DNA of 64,000 bases from Tubulanus polymorphus (GCF_964204645.1 NC_134025.1:30174299-30238298), one strand, 5' to 3'; positions 14,255 to 29,218 are shown, counted from the first letter of the stretch. Made by a program: numbers and translations. The notes: a model not told the origin generated them from the sequence alone.

Positions 14255-14435
14255 TAGGAGCAGGCCTGAGCGAGGTTTTAACACTGGTCAAATTATTGTG
14301 TGTGAATTGCAACTGGTTCCTGAAGTGACTCACTTTGCTTTGTTTGAGCATTGTTAAGTATTGAGCTTGTGAATGCGCTCTCTTATTAGGCACGGGCCAA
14401 ATTTAACTTGGGCCTGATCCGAGCAAATTTCGCGG
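14255..14435 (+). repeat. Dispersed repeat family copy 2
   Basis: CTGGTCAAATTATTGTGTGTGAATTGC...AAGTGACTCAC...GGGCCAAATTT, similar to the 1.2-kb and 16.5-kb copies. Confidence 0.55.
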
Positions 14436-14865
14436 TGTCCGTCTTGGTGGTGTCCGCGGGTATAGGCAAGCTTGCTTGTAGTGAAAGTGACTGCAGTTGA
14501 AGCAGTATATGTCATCGGTTATGTCAATGTTTATCCCTTAAGTGGAAAGTAAATTCATTGCAATTAATATAAAGAGTTTATGTCGGATTGAACACTTGAA
14601 AACCGTAATTATACATCCTCCTAATTAACAGTTGTTTACGCAAACTCTTCGTTCTATTACAAAACACAAAATGAAACCCGAAAAAAGATTTTATCAGACA
14701 TTATCTTATAATTACAGTTTCTACAAACGTTTGCACAGAAAACTCGATTACTTTCTTGATAATCGCGTTCTTTGAAAGAGAAAATCTAATTACGCAAGTT
14801 TCAATTTCAAATTTTCAATGAAATGATGACAAAGATATTCATTGTTTATACAGGAATGATAAACG

Positions 14866-15386
14866 CAGTCACATCCACTGGAGGGATGGGGGTTGTAACA
14901 CAGTCACATCCACTGGGGGGATGGGGGTTGTAACACAGTCACATCCACTGGGGGGATGGGGGTTGTAACACAGTCACATCCACTGGGGGGATGGGGGTTG
15001 TAACACAGTCACATCCACTGGGGGGATGGGGGTTGTAACACAGTCACATCCACTGGCGGGATGGGGGTTGTAACACAGTCACATCCACTGGGGGGATGGG
15101 GGTTGTAACACAGTCACATCCACTGGAGGGATGGGGGTTGTAACACAGTCACATCCACTGGCGGGATGGGGGTTGTAACACAGTCACATCCACTGGGGGG
15201 ATGGGGGTTGTAACACAGTCACATCCACTGGCGGGATGGGGGTTGTAACACAGTCACATCCACTGGCGGGATGGGGGTTGTTACACAGTCACATCCACTG
15301 GCGGGATGGGGGTTGTAACACAGTCACATCCACTGGCGGGATGGGGGTTGTAACACAGTCACATCCACTGGCGGGATTGGGGTTGT
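14866..15386. repeat. 35-bp G-rich minisatellite, about 15 copies
   Basis: Unit CAGTCACATCCACTGG(G/C/A)GGGATGGGGGTTGTAACA repeats at an exact 35-bp period with no unique spacers. Confidence 0.97.
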
Positions 15387-15462
15387 GGTATATTGAGGAC
15401 TGCTACGTTTGCACTGTATTTCATTGTTTTCTACAGTTTTAACAGTAGATTTGCCATGCAAT

Positions 15463-15526
15463 GGCAGAGTGGCTCAGCGGTAATGCTCTAGACTGCTGAC
15501 CCGCAGATCTTGAGTTCAATCCCCAC
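15463..15526 (+). mobile_element. tRNA-derived SINE head (degenerate tRNA-like sequence)
   Basis: A-box TGGCTCAGCGG and B-box-like GAGTTCAATCC at tRNA spacing, but no acceptor stem. Confidence 0.55.
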
Positions 15527-16459
15527 AAATACCATGCACAATATCTTTGATGAAACTGATGAAATTTTTATTAGACTGTTGCTTTTATATCTATTATAAG
15601 TTTTCCAAAAAGAATTTTTTATAAGGTTTTTCAGAATACAATTACGCAATGATATTCTACGAATATTCCAAAAATACCCGATACTCAGTAATGATGACTG
15701 TGGTAAAAAGCGAAGATTGACAAGGCAGCCCCCTTCCAGCCCGTTGTATTGACGGAGAGGTTTTAACAATCTCAAGTTTCCGGTTAATCACTGCGTTCAT
15801 CACCTCGTGTGTATATTGCCTAAACTCATTTATACCGAGAAGCAATATGCCGGCCGCAATTCAGACCACGTAATCAAATTTCTTATGTTGATTTCCTCGG
15901 TTTATTCTTCCATTTCAATGAAAGCGGTCGCAGTTCGCACGCTTCAAATCACTGTTCATTCAATAAGTGATACGCATCAATACTATTAACAACGGAATCT
16001 GAGTGTGGAGCTGGAATCAGAGAGTCATAGAGTCCAGTGAATCCACCATACGCGATGACTTAATCGGATTGCTACAGAACTCTCTCTCTCTCCTCTCTCT
16101 CTCTCCTCTCACTGTCAGCACGGATAATAATACCATCACATTTTTGTCCGTCATAAAAATAGAAGATAAAGCAAAAATTATCGCGCGACTGGCAAAAGAT
16201 GATTACTACTCGAAAAGTAGGAAGTTACGAAATTGAGAAGAGATCAATAGATCCGGAGATAGGAAAAAAAGTAAAGCCGATTAACAACATTAAATAAAGA
16301 ATTGATTTCTTCAAGTTATAAACCGGACACATTGTGCTTTACCATCTAATCAAACATTAATATATCTGTGAAATTGGTTCTTAGGGAGGGCATGATTATA
16401 ATTATGGATCTTTTAACCCCCGGGTTGTTGACACAGACAAAGACCAAAACAGAAACATC

Positions 16460-16635
16460 AGGACCAGGCATGTGCCAAATTTTAGCGAATTAATTCATGT
16501 GAATGGTAACTGTTCCTGGAAGTGATTCACCTCACTTGCCACTGCGGCGACGTCTTGATAGTATTTCAATAACAAGTGATTTATCAGACATACATGGGCC
16601 AAATTTTACTCACATCTGGTCCGGGCCGAATCATC
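16460..16635 (+). repeat. Dispersed repeat family copy 3
   Basis: AAGTGATTCACCTCACTTGCCAC...TAGTATTTCAATAA...GGGCCAAATTTTAC is shared with the 1.3-kb copy. Confidence 0.55.
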
Positions 16636-17073
16636 TCCACGCGATCACAACTACATTCAGAGACATTCAGTTAGATTAATAGATGTTGTAGTAACTGAGT
16701 TTGATAATTAGTGGTTTATACTAAATCGTGAATTCAATTGTGAATTCAGCTGCTGTACCATTGGATGCAAGAGATAACATTGACTTTATGCTGGGCTAGT
16801 AATTTACAGAATCGATGATGCACATTACTAGTGATCCATCTATTCAGTTTACTGTAATGCTAGTTTAATGAGAACTATAACACTTAGTGTCATCTTACAA
16901 CGTAGCTTTGTCAACAACTGAGATGATGATAAAATCTTAGTAAAATTAGAATGTATGTATTTGATTTAGGTGTAATGTTTGATATTTGTAGAAAATTTTT
17001 AAAGAAATAATAGACTACAATAATTAGCGATTAACCTTAAAAATGAACCGGTGAAAATCAGTCGGATCGATTA

Positions 17074-17197
17074 ATGAACTCTATTTGAACAGGTTTTAAA
17101 CATGTTCGTTTAATGCATACGTTTGTATGAAATATTCTAATATTCATTCTACATAAAAACATGTTAAACCATTCAATCCCATTCAAATAGAGTTCAT
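17074..17197. mobile_element. Small inverted-repeat element (MITE-like)
   Basis: ATGAACTCTATTTGAA ... TTCAAATAGAGTTCAT form a 16-bp perfect inverted repeat, with further inner complementarity (AACATGTT). Confidence 0.55.
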
Positions 17198-18131
17198 CTT
17201 TGATTTATTCATTCATGTAGATCCGCTATTATTTGGAAGTACAACTTAAGTTGTTGTTAGAGATCAGAGTCGGGGAAACATTGATATCATGTGCTGTCTG
17301 AATAACACGTTTCACTGGGATTTAAACCCAACACTTCTCACTTTTGAGTCAAACACCTTTCATCCACCCTAAACCACACAGACAGGGCGACTTTCAGCGC
17401 GTCATTTGTGACAATACTGATTTCCATTACTGAAACAGTGCTGCCATCTATTATTATTGCGATGAAGCTATAAGATACAGCTGTAATTTGAAATGTTTGC
17501 TCTTTTTCGATATTTTGCCCAATGCCTGCTAACAATATCGATAAAACACTACGATATTTGAGAATTTGTCAATAACGTATCAATTATTCATTGCAGTCAA
17601 ACAGAATTTCAATATTTGAGTTGGAGACTGAATGATTACATAAAAAATTCACACAAATTAAAGTGTAATATTGGTTTAACTGAGACTAGCTGTGGTAAAT
17701 AAACAGTGTCAAATCCTAGAACTTCCTTAATAATATTATACTGGATAAGAGTGTTTAGTTTATTTTTCTATAATTAAAATGCTATCGAAACAATGCTGTG
17801 GTAAGTCATTTCCAGAAACTTGGACCCGGGCCCAGTCTGAGATTTTTGGTCAAGCCAAATTCGACTCGTGTTGAACAGGCATATGCTCATTTGGCACCAG
17901 TACGAGTGGCTCGGTACAAATTTGGTCCTGATCGATAACACAAATAAGATTGAGGATTTGGAGTCTTAATTCACGGGGGTCCTACATACAGATTTTGCGC
18001 ACAGGCAGTTTTTATATGAATATTGCATACCGCTGAGGGCTGTCAATGCTGAAATAATTAAATGATGATTTTGCGGCTATTTCATTGTCTATCTCACAAC
18101 ATCACAAGTTCAGGAACAAGTAAATACAGAT

Positions 18132-18329
18132 GGAGAGAGGGAGAGGGGGAGAGCGAGAGGGGAGAGGGAGGGGAGGGGAGAGCGAGAGGGGAGAGGGAGG
18201 GGAGGGGAAAGGAGAGGGGAAAGGGGAGGGGAGAGAGGAGGTAGAGAGAGAGGGAGAGGGGAGAGGGGAGGGTAGGGGAAGGGAGGGGAGAGAGGAGGTA
18301 GAGAGAGAGGGAGAGGGGAGAGGGGGAGG
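18132..18329. repeat. GA-rich polypurine low-complexity tract
   Basis: Almost pure G/A; it produces the spurious ORFs at 18062-18351. Confidence 0.95.
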
Positions 18330-20159
18330 CTACCACACACTCATTCTATGACTCAATGAATTAGATCATTTTACTAATAAACTGCAGCTCAATCCCAGAT
18401 CTTTTTCCCGTCGATTTACTCAAAGATTCTGTGAATACAGCACCAGTTGGCCGTAGTGAGTAGCAAGAAAATTCTAAAACAAGCGCCGAGTTTTCTCGAA
18501 ATAGAAATGGAAATTAATTGTCTAGACTTCTATAAGCCACACTTATAGCTTAGGCTCCCTTCAACCAGAGCTCAGACATATACAGAGCCTAAAATCATTA
18601 TTCCTTTACCCTAACACGTTGTGGGCCTCCTTAGAAATCGGTAAAATAAGAAGCCTAATAGCAGCATCAGTTCGCCATTGAAAAAAAAAAAGTTTCTTCG
18701 TACACCCTTAATTTGTTGGTTTATTCATGATCAGAGCATGTTCAATACAGGAACCTGACAAGTGCAAATGTCATCATCTGTCAGGTGAACAAATTTCATA
18801 CACTTGTTTTTGATGCAGAACCCACTTTATAAATCTTGTAGTAAATCCAAAGTACAGACCTGACTAACCGGTAATTCTATTTTGCAGTAGTTTTCATCAA
18901 TCACTAAATAAGAGTAATCTTACATGGAAACTAGTAATTTCATTAACAATTATCTAGAAACGATTCTTATTTTGAAAATATTTTGTAGATTGAGGGAAAA
19001 ATTGAGGTCTAAAAAGAGATGTACGCCCTCAAATAGTAGCGTTAGGTCTGTTGATGCTGCTCTCGAATAGTAGTGGTAATCAGTACAGACAAACTGACCA
19101 ATATTCTATTGTCGAAGGACATTTGGTTGTTTTTATAGGAATCTATGTGTTGTATATACTGATACTGATGAGACCAAAACAACTCGATCAATCACAAAAC
19201 GTTTCAGCAAAACAATCGCGTACATATTTATTGAAACGCAGAAAGTGTAAGACTATCAAGTTGTTTTGCGAAAGCGGATTAACAATCACTGGTCGGCGCT
19301 GTAACACAATCGGTTTATACGGACAAACAATGCATTCTAATGACGCCAGTTTCACTCGATTTGTCGACGATCGAATCGGAAAGAAGATTAGGAATTACCG
19401 AGAATGAATACAATTACACGGAATAAAGCTGAATCTTAGAGAAAATCCGGAGACCCTCGCGCGCAATACGAGTAGATGCTTTCTTTATATTCGAAATCAG
19501 CACCAAGTGTTCAATGATGTCCTCTATACAGTCACCCTGTAACGACTGCATTAAATTCCAAACAACTTCAACGTTATTTATCTAATTTCGTTGATTTTTT
19601 CTACGAATAACTGATTTCTAGCAATAAAGAAAACGCGAAGCAGCAGCAGCAGCAGCAGCAGCAGCAGAGCAGCAGCAGCAGCGTTCACCTTAAAAAAATA
19701 CAGCCATTTTCAATTGAAAACGGCTGCGAACGTGAGTGAATACATGATATAGTTCACTACAGGTAGTGAGGTTGTGAATCCGTATCAATGAGTTTTGTGA
19801 TGAGCGAATAGATCTCTTCAGCTTCGCTGATGCTTCTATTTCGGAATTCTTTGATCCGATTGATACGCTATATACGAATCAGAAAGCCCTATCAAAATGC
19901 CATAAACCATAACTTTTGATGCGTAGAATAAGAAAAACGCTAAAAAAAGCGACGTAAACTCAGCGATCGTATTCGCGATATCGTTTCCGCGATCGATTAA
20001 AAGTCAATAAAGTATTGTTTAATGATCGACAATCTGTAATAGATTAATAACAGATTGATAATAACCGGATAACTATTAGTTCGAACTGATGGTACGCGTT
20101 CTATGAATCGAATGATGCTTCAAATGTTATTCTAAGAACTATTGGAGATTTATCAAGCG

Positions 20160-20545
20160 CGAGACGAGAGAGAGGAAAGGAGAGTGGGGAAGATTGAGGA
20201 AGAGGGGTGAGATGGAGATAAAAGGGAAGGGAGTGGAGCTAGACGGAAATTGAGGGAAGAGGTCGCGAAGAGAAGGGAGAGGAGTATGAGGGTGATTGAG
20301 GGAGAGGGGTATGAGGGTGATTGAGGGAGAGGGGTATGGAAGAGATTGAGATGAGGGTGATTGAGGGAGAGGGGTATGAGGGTGATTGAGGGAGAGGGGT
20401 ATGGAAGAGATTGAGATGAGGGTGATTGAGGGAGAGGGGTATGAGGGTGATTGAGGGAGAGGGGTATGGAAGATGGAAGAGATTGAGATGAGGGTGATTG
20501 AGGGAGAGGGGTATGAGGGTGATTGAGGGAGAGGGGTAAGAAGGA
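20160..20545. repeat. GA-rich degenerate minisatellite
   Basis: Repeated GAGGGTGATTGAGGGAGAGGGGTAT units. Confidence 0.93.
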
Positions 20546-23532
20546 GAACTACTTGCTGTTGATTGAAGAATTCCTCAAAGACAGTATTTGAGGAAGCAAT
20601 CATCAAATATCCTTCAAGTATTTCAGGTCAATATTCTATACGACCGAGACGACTCGATTGCGCTAAGTAAGAACGTGGCAGTGATGCATTACTGTCGTTC
20701 AGAACCACATTATCCCGGGATCAGACGTGTATCAGGTTTTGCTGTCCTGGATCCGGGTTCACAGTCCGGGTTCAGAAACCGGTTTTTTTTCAGTAAGGTC
20801 ACAATTAATCATTTTCACGTCACCGATATTCGACAATAATTGATCCGTCTGCGACGACGCAAGAAATACGGATGAAGCCACAATTTTCTCTCCCTCCTCC
20901 CTCCCTCCCTCCCCTCCCCTCCCCCTCTCATACCGCTACATCACCACTCATACAGCTAACATCATCGTCATTATAACGACAAAATTCCATGAAAAATGAC
21001 CACTAACTCCACGCAGCAGCGGCAGCAACAGCAGCTGCGTAGAAATACTGGCTTATTATTCGTTCAAAGGAATCACCAGCAACTTTGAAGGGGGTTTAGA
21101 TTCGTGGCAGTATCACTGGCATCATCGAGGATTTCAGGTAAGAAGTCTGGGAGTTCTTTTTAAGAGTGATTTTTAAAAGTTCTCCCATCATCCGAGAATG
21201 ATAATAGCAGTTGTTTACAAAAATCCTAGTACTCAAAACCAAAAACCAAAATGATGTACAACGAAATGATTCAAGCAGTTTGTTCACAGCAATCCACTGC
21301 CCCCTTCCAACATCCCCACCCCGCCCCCGACCCCTTCCACCATCCCCACCCCGCCCCCTCCCACCATCCCTGGGTGACTAACAGCAATAACAGGATATGA
21401 AGCCAAGCGCCCCTTGGAAAATCACCCTTGAAACGATAACCGTGCATAAAAAACGCGTTGTAATATATAAGGAAATGAGGTTATATAATGAGTAAGAAAT
21501 GGCTGTCAGTAAATCACAAATGATGCTATCGCATGCGCATTACGTTATTTTCCTTTAAACAACGCAAATAAAATCTGATGGACACAGACATCTGTAATGA
21601 AACATTATTAGTTCTCTCGTAGTTCGGTATCACACGTGAATCACCGGGCATCTGAACGACGACGAGCGCAACGAATAAAACTTTATTATTTCTGTCGCGC
21701 GATAACGCTAATCTCAGATCCTCTATAATCCCGTTTAGCGACTTCATCGAGAATTGAAGCTTTTAAGTTGGAAAAAATCTTTCCGATTACAGAACTGGCT
21801 CATAGCATAGAGGTACATTAAACTCCCCCCACCTCCACAGGGCATCCAAATTTCATTTACATTTTCCACCCATTAGAAAATATGCATTAGAACGTTGAAG
21901 AGTGGCAGCAGAGTGGCAGTAGTCGCAGAGTGGCAGTAGTCGCAGTGTACATATATGAATAAACAGCTGAATAAATCAAATAACGAATAGATTTAATCAC
22001 GAGCGCAAACTGAACCAAATTCAAACTCATTCATGTGAAGTTATTTATACAGAATATACCGTGCAAATAATTTCGCTGATAGGAAAGGGAGAGGAAGGGG
22101 AGAGGGAGTGGGGAGAGGGAGTCTGGAGGCAAGAGGGGGGAGGGAGAGAAACTGATTCAACTAAGTGAAACAGTTTTTACAGTCATATCAGTGTAAGATG
22201 ATGAATTATGAATATGTTGGGCAGAGAAAGAATTCTTGATATTAAATTTCACATAATCTGATATCATATCGTTATTTTGCTTCGAGGAATTTGATCGAAG
22301 AGTTGCATTCGCTAATTATCAGTTGAAACTAAACGCCTTCGATGGATTACGGGGAATAGACACCGATAACATGTCATCTATAACCTATCACATGTCACTT
22401 CGAAAATATCTCATCGTTAGAAAAGAACGTCAGAAATTCTGATCTCACTCACGGAGAAGTCATCTATGTATTCAGAGAGTGTTTCTAATAAGGTGTAAAT
22501 CAGATGAAGGTCACAATACAGTCGACGAAGGTCATTTCAGCCACATTCGCACTACATCATTTAGAACGTTCCAAATATAGTCCGGTACCAATTTAAAATG
22601 GACAACATAAGTGTTCACACCTGTGAATCCGTTCTTAACTAGTACGTTCCATTTTAGAACTATTAACTTTAGACTGACGAAGAGATCTGACTATTTCTCT
22701 GTGCGTGAATAGCAACTTTACTTAAATTTCGTCAGTTTTGCGTCTAGCTGGACCAGCTTTAACGACATGTTTTGCGAAGGCATAGCATTCAGATTGGTCC
22801 ATTCTAAATTGGTCCGTCCGCGAAACAAGTCAAATTAGAGAGGACTAACTAGTGAAACCTCCTCGTATAATGTTGTATCGTCAGTAGTGATTGAGGTTGA
22901 TGCGTTTTACCGGAGTAAACACGTCGTCTTAGTGTCACTGTTTATACTTCAATAACTGATTTACAACGCTTTTAGAAAACTAGACAAATACCGAAGATTA
23001 TCAACAAACGTGTCACGGATCAAAATCGGAATCATCCGATTCGGCGAAGAGAGAAATCCTCGTGGACCGTTGGATCACGTTCCAAAAAAATAAGAAGGAA
23101 GAATTGTGTCACAATCACACGAAGCAAGGACCAAATTAGACTCGGGTTTGGTCCGGACCATATTCTCTGCACGTGATCACAGCTCTATCTATACGTCGAA
23201 AGTTATAAAAAGAACAAAGGATTGTTATATCGTCAATTTCATCGACGATTTCTTATCATTTTCGCGGGGCATAAATTCAATTTACGGACGCGATATGCGG
23301 ATATGTAGGACGAGCCTAACAAATCCCTGTAATCCGCATTGACATCTTCATTTGTCGTTACCAATTTGTATTCCACATCCTGCAAGAAACGGCGAAACCA
23401 AGGAGAACGCACAAAACATTTCCATTAGCAAATCTTATAATGCGGCAAACATGCGCGCAGGAAATGATCGGAATTTTTACGGTTACATGAAAACAAAATC
23501 TCAGCGGTGCGGGAGCTCACAATGTGCACCAC

Positions 23533-23575
<43 letters not shown>

Positions 23576-23577
23576 AG
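23533..23577. repeat. (CTG)n microsatellite
   Basis: About 14 CTG units; other CAG/CTG runs at ~6503, ~11270 and ~19638. Confidence 0.95.
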
Positions 23578-24948
23578 CCTTGTGTCATTAAAACAGTCGA
23601 AAAGATTATGAACATTTACCTGACTACAGACCTGGTAATTCAGGTGAGGATAGGACAGAGGAACCTGGGAAGTCAGGGACAGTAAAGGAACCCGGGAATA
23701 TAACAGCATCACTAGGTGAAAGAGCATTCAGTAGTGAACAATAATATAAAACAAGCGTGCCTGGAACATATGTAGAAAAAGTCAAAAGATTTATTTGAAA
23801 ACTTACATATTTCTATTACATCGAGCATAACTGATATTTCATCCATCTAGTTGTACCAAGCATTCTATCTGGGATCTTAACTCATCGATGAAACTGATGA
23901 CAAATGTTTAAAATCAAAGAAATGAGGAATTGTTTCTTTTTGTTGTTCAACAAACAGAAAAGAAACAGCTTGAAAACAATTGATTTTTTTCAGACATCTC
24001 AAAGAAATGTTTGAGCTGCGAGAGACGGCTGACTGGCGCAACGATGTTTAAAACAGCTGCGAATCCAGGGGTTGCATGACATTTACACGACCTCAAAATG
24101 CCCCATTCATATACAGGGGCTTCGTGAATGAAAGGTACATTGTCATGCTATCATAATCTGAAAAGGGTTCTTTCTGTTTGCTGAAAATTCTGGAGAAGTT
24201 TTTTCTTTTCAAAAGGGCCTCAAATGCCCTAATCTCAAAATTGCCCGAAGAATTTGGTAAAACCCTTAGATCTCGCCCCTTGATGGATCCGCCCTGACTA
24301 AACAATTATCAAAATCAATAATAGTAAAAATATAGATATTTCTGTTGCCGAATGCAAATTATTTCCATGACTTTGTTTCTAATTATAAAATTCTAAATAA
24401 TCTAAAATCAATCACCGTTCTCATTTCGACATCCCACACGAGATGGTGTAATATAGATAATCATCAGAAATCAATAATAAACAGTCACAACGCCGATAGC
24501 AAAACCTGGCTTTCAATCACATATCATTGTAAGTAAATTCAGTTTATCAATCAATACAAAGAAAGAAGAAACCTTGACGCGATCAAAACGTTACATCGAT
24601 TTGACATATAAACCAAAACTACAGCTAAAAATGAGAATGCCAACAGTTCAATAACTATTCAACAAAAATATCCAGCAACTTTTCCGCGCGTGATGCTTCC
24701 ATCGGACACCGGTTGGTAACTAATCCAAATTATTGATCGCGGTACCGAGCGCCGTGTTCAACGATCAGCTACTAGAAAAAACCAGCCGTCATCAGCATTT
24801 TTAATGAACAGCTCGCGCCTCGCAAAATAGTGAAAATATCTATATATATATATACGAGTGAAAAGTATCCGTTTCACTTTGAAGATGACAATTTAATGGG
24901 TTGAGAAAAAATCTGATAGATCTGCAAAGTGTACGCTTTTAAAGAGTA

Positions 24949-24950
<2 letters not shown>

Positions 24951-25014
<64 letters not shown>
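24951..25014. repeat. (TA)n microsatellite
   Basis: Perfect TA run; a second one at 26996-27066. Confidence 0.97.
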
Positions 25015-25017
<3 letters not shown>

Positions 25018-25529
25018 TTCATTACTAAAACCTTCTGAATACAGATTTGAAACAGATCCAGGTTCTGATGAAACATCTAGTCAAGTGAAACTGGGTCATC
25101 TACACCGGTGTTAGACTTCTGGACCCTTAAATCTGGCTCCGGGGTTAAAACATTCGTAATTAACTAATTCAACTATGGAACAGGGTCCAGAAAACTGTTT
25201 ATCTTAATCCCCTCAAAATAGACTCCAATTTCATTCGACGTCAAGGTAATAGAAATGCTGAATGTTATAGCAACCGTTCACAAAAATAACTATTTTTCTG
25301 CATAGTTGAAATAAGCGACTAAGATAAAAAGATAATGATTTAGAGATTTTCCGTGATCGAGCGACTGATAAAACCAAATACGTGTTAAACTGAATCGAAT
25401 AAACACAGTTTCAATATCGACAACTGAAAAACATTCATCGGCATCAAATTGACCAGTAAAATAACACTGAGTACTGAATACAGCATTGATCAATAAAACC
25501 ATCAATCGTCTGAACACCTAATTCATCCC

Positions 25530-25865
25530 CACCCTCTCATCTATACCTCTTCTCTTTCCTCTAATCTATACCTCTACCTCTTCTCTTTCCTCTAATCTAT
25601 ACCTCTCCTCGTACCTCTCACCTATACCTCTACTCTTTCATCTCCTCTATCTCTATCTCTTTCCCTTTGCCTACTCCCTCTGCTCCCTCTCTATACCTCT
25701 CCCTCTCTCTGCTCCCTCTCCCCTCTTCCTCTTTACCTCCCTCTCTCCACTCCTCTATACCACTTCCTCTCACTGTTCCCTCCCTCCTCTCCCTCCTCCT
25801 CTCTCCTCTCCCTATTCCCTCTCCCCTCTCTCCTCTCCCTCCTCCTCTCTCTACTCTCTCTCATC
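25530..25865. repeat. CT-rich polypyrimidine low-complexity tract
   Basis: Mostly C/T with CTATACCTCT sub-repeats. Confidence 0.9.
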
Positions 25866-27007
25866 CTATATTGACTCCTCATTGATTATGATATTATTTT
25901 CAAATGATAAATCATTAAATACTGAATAGTAAATTGTTCTGTCATATATCTAATACAGTTATGTGTATAGTAGAAATTATCAATACACCGCTCTGTAGAT
26001 CTGCTATTGGTTGCTTTTTTCAAACAGCCACAAAAAAATGTCTTTTAATAAACATTACCCAGGGCCTATAGTTTGCACTAAAGCGCACCGACATACCCTT
26101 ACAGTACCCAGCCCAGCTGTTCGTATATCATCATTAAATCAATTAGTCGACATTTTCATTAAATTATTGAAACGCAACAGAATGAGACTCAAATTTGATC
26201 TAGAAAGAGTTCAATTAATGTGAAATCTACAGAGTGTGATATAGTTTAGAAGTAATATATCAGCTGAGATGTGGAGAATGCACCTGTTACACTGGGAACT
26301 GTCAAGAGTCTTCACAATATAATAGAGTGTGTGAGAGAGAGAGTGAGAGAGAGAGGGGGTATCGATCAATCTAACAGTGAAAACATATGTCTTTGTGATC
26401 AATTTATTTCCTATATCGGCATCGAAACTGCTGTTCTATTCTATAGTGATGTAATATTTCAGAATCGGCACCAAAAAAAACGACATCAAATTATTGTAAA
26501 TATTGCGTGTAACACAAACTCGTAACGATTCTACGGATGAAACCATGAAACTGATCGCTACATCAATTCCATAAATTATTCATTTATAGAAAGTAAACTA
26601 TTCATATCAGTCTCACGTTTCAGTATGCCTTGGAAAATCTTCAATTCTTTTGAAAGATAGGATAAATTCCGATTGAAATTCGGTGGTTTCCGTAGAGTGA
26701 CTGCCTATTTCAGAATTGAAGAAAAAACCTACGATCAATAGAGAAACACCATTAGAGAAGTTTGACGTTTTTACCTCAAATTCTGATATGATTTAAGTTG
26801 AAACTACCATTTTAGTTTTTCTTTTATTTGTGGTTTTTTTCTTTTATTCACGTTCTGAATACCTGAATAGGAGAAGCACTTTTATAAAAATCTAGATTGA
26901 AGAAAGAGTTTATGGCAAAATACTTTCAATCATAAATGAAAAAAACTTGCGTTTGAAGGCCAACACTTTTCCTTTCGAAGCTTGATATAAATAGAATATA
27001 TATATAT

Positions 27008-27069
<62 letters not shown>

Positions 27070-28649
27070 TAAGAGAAAAACATCGATATCTAATATAGGT
27101 AGCAGAAACGACAAAGTACTTCGCAAAATGCACAATACCACAAACAGTGACATTTCAACACATGAAAAGCAAATGTGATTGATGTGAACATAATACTGAA
27201 AACATGCATCTAAAAATATACTTATGCCGCATATAAATAGAATATGTCAACTATATGTATATAAATAAAACCAGTAGCAATCAAGATCATATGAAATATT
27301 TCCTTATTAATTATCACTATTCAGGTAGATATGAATATGTCATTACCATTTGTTTGCCCGTTAAATCGAAGTGCCAAGGAGGAGAGGAGAGGCACGGTAA
27401 GAGGAAGGGAGTCAGAGCAGAGAGAAAATAATTAAGTCTTATCTGATCTTTATTGTTAAGAAAGTGAGAAGAGTTATTTTTTTGTCGAATCAATGCCGGC
27501 GTGTCAATTTATTAATCTGTCAATTGTCCGCGCTTGAGAACGAATTCATAAACCATTACTAACTTCCAGCGAGAAACTCTTGACAGACGAGAGTCTAAAT
27601 GAAAACAGCCTGGCAAAGAACGATAGTTTTATAAATGAGCTGGTTGGCTGTCTTACCGCGATGATTGACCACGCAATGAGGAAAGTATCTGACCGCGACT
27701 ACAACAACTAGTGTGACCTAATCTATCACACTTAGCGGGCCTGTCACCAAAAATGTAGCCGAGAAAATCTGAGCAAGTCCCCAGAGAAAGTCGAGTAATC
27801 TCGCATTGTCGGCAAATTTGGATTAATAATTAAAACAAAGCCCACAGCTACTAATGCAAGCGCTAATCTGATATTTATGCTGCGAGATAGAAGTAAATTT
27901 CAGTCACGTCAAAGGAAATATCAATCAAATGGATCTAAAGAGTCTACAATCAAAGATTGATCACCGCATTCACAGGTTACCAAATAGCATGGCGGATAAT
28001 TAAAAACAAACTATTCAGCAAAAATTCAAAATTCAAGGTTTTCAAAGTAGTGAAAGCTCAGAGGCCAGTTCCATAGTCAAGACTTAAATCCTTAAGTGAT
28101 CTTCAATCTTAAGACTGGTCTTCAAATAGCTAGATCGACTATCGAACTAAGTTGGTCTTCCACCAGTCCTAAGTTACCCGCCCCAGGACACAGTTTCACA
28201 AGTATCAGTAAATTTGACTCTAAAATCTATCTTGTTTATTTTCGATGTTTTTAACTCTATAGTCAAATATCTAACGAGAACTATGAACAAAGATATTGAT
28301 TTTTAGTTTCAAATATCTAAGAATGAAAACCACAGACACAGAAAGTAAGTGACAGTAAACTAGAAGAAGCCACATATATATCTATCTAATCATAGAGTAG
28401 CAGAGGAATAAAGACGTAGTTCACTGCATCTCAGATGGAAATAAAGAAGAGCTCAGACAGTCCGGGGCCACTAGTAGTAGTCATCCAATAGAAAAACATC
28501 AAAGTCGCCCAATCAATAATTAGATCCATCTCAGACACGATGGGTCAATTTTCTCCACTTCCTAATTATCTTAGACATCGGTTTTCTAGGAAGAGCTGCC
28601 ACTGCTGCACAATGAGTGGGTATGAAAGAGTGAAAATTATCACCTCACG

Positions 28650-29098
28650 GCATACCACGGGGTCTACCACCTGACTGTATACCAATACCACAGGGTCTAC
28701 CACCTGACTGTACTAATACCAATACCAATACCACAGGGTCTACCACCTGACTGTATACCACAGGGTCTACCACCTGACTGTACCAATACCACGGGGTCTA
28801 CCACCTGACTGTACCAATACCAATACCAATACCACAGGTTCTACCACCTCAATGAATACCAATACCACAGGGTCTACCACCTGACTGTACCAATACCACA
28901 GGGTCTACCACCTGACTGTACCAATACCACGGGGTCTACCACCTGACTGTACCAATACCACGGGGTCTACCACCTCAATGTATACCAATACCACAGGGTC
29001 TACCACCTCAATGAATACCAATACCACAGGGTCTACCACCTGACTGTACCAATACCAATACCAATACCACAGGTTCTACCACCTCAATGAATACCACA
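28650..29098. repeat. ~31-bp minisatellite with variable CCAATA sub-repeats
   Basis: TACCAC(A/G)GGGTCTACCACCT(GACTG/CAATG)..ACCAA repeats about 13-14 times. Confidence 0.95.
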
Positions 29099-29218
29099 CC
29101 TAGATCTCCAGTTAATATTTTAATTAATGAACAATCTTGATGCATAGTTTACAGTTCAGCACCAGAAGAGTAGATTCGAATATAGGCATCTAGAAAGCGT
29201 AGAATTAATTACATTCAC

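Noticed and set aside
15463-15526. Possible functional tRNA gene
   Set aside because: A and B boxes are present, but the acceptor and anticodon stems do not pair; treated as a SINE head
18062-18351. Four overlapping ORFs (similarly 20139-20606, 25667-25885 and 26926-27153)
   Set aside because: Artefacts of low-complexity GA, CT or TA tracts
28650-29098. CRISPR-like appearance of ~31-bp repeats (also 14866-15386 and 54141-54315)
   Set aside because: Head-to-tail tandem units without unique spacers, no cas genes, and a eukaryotic context
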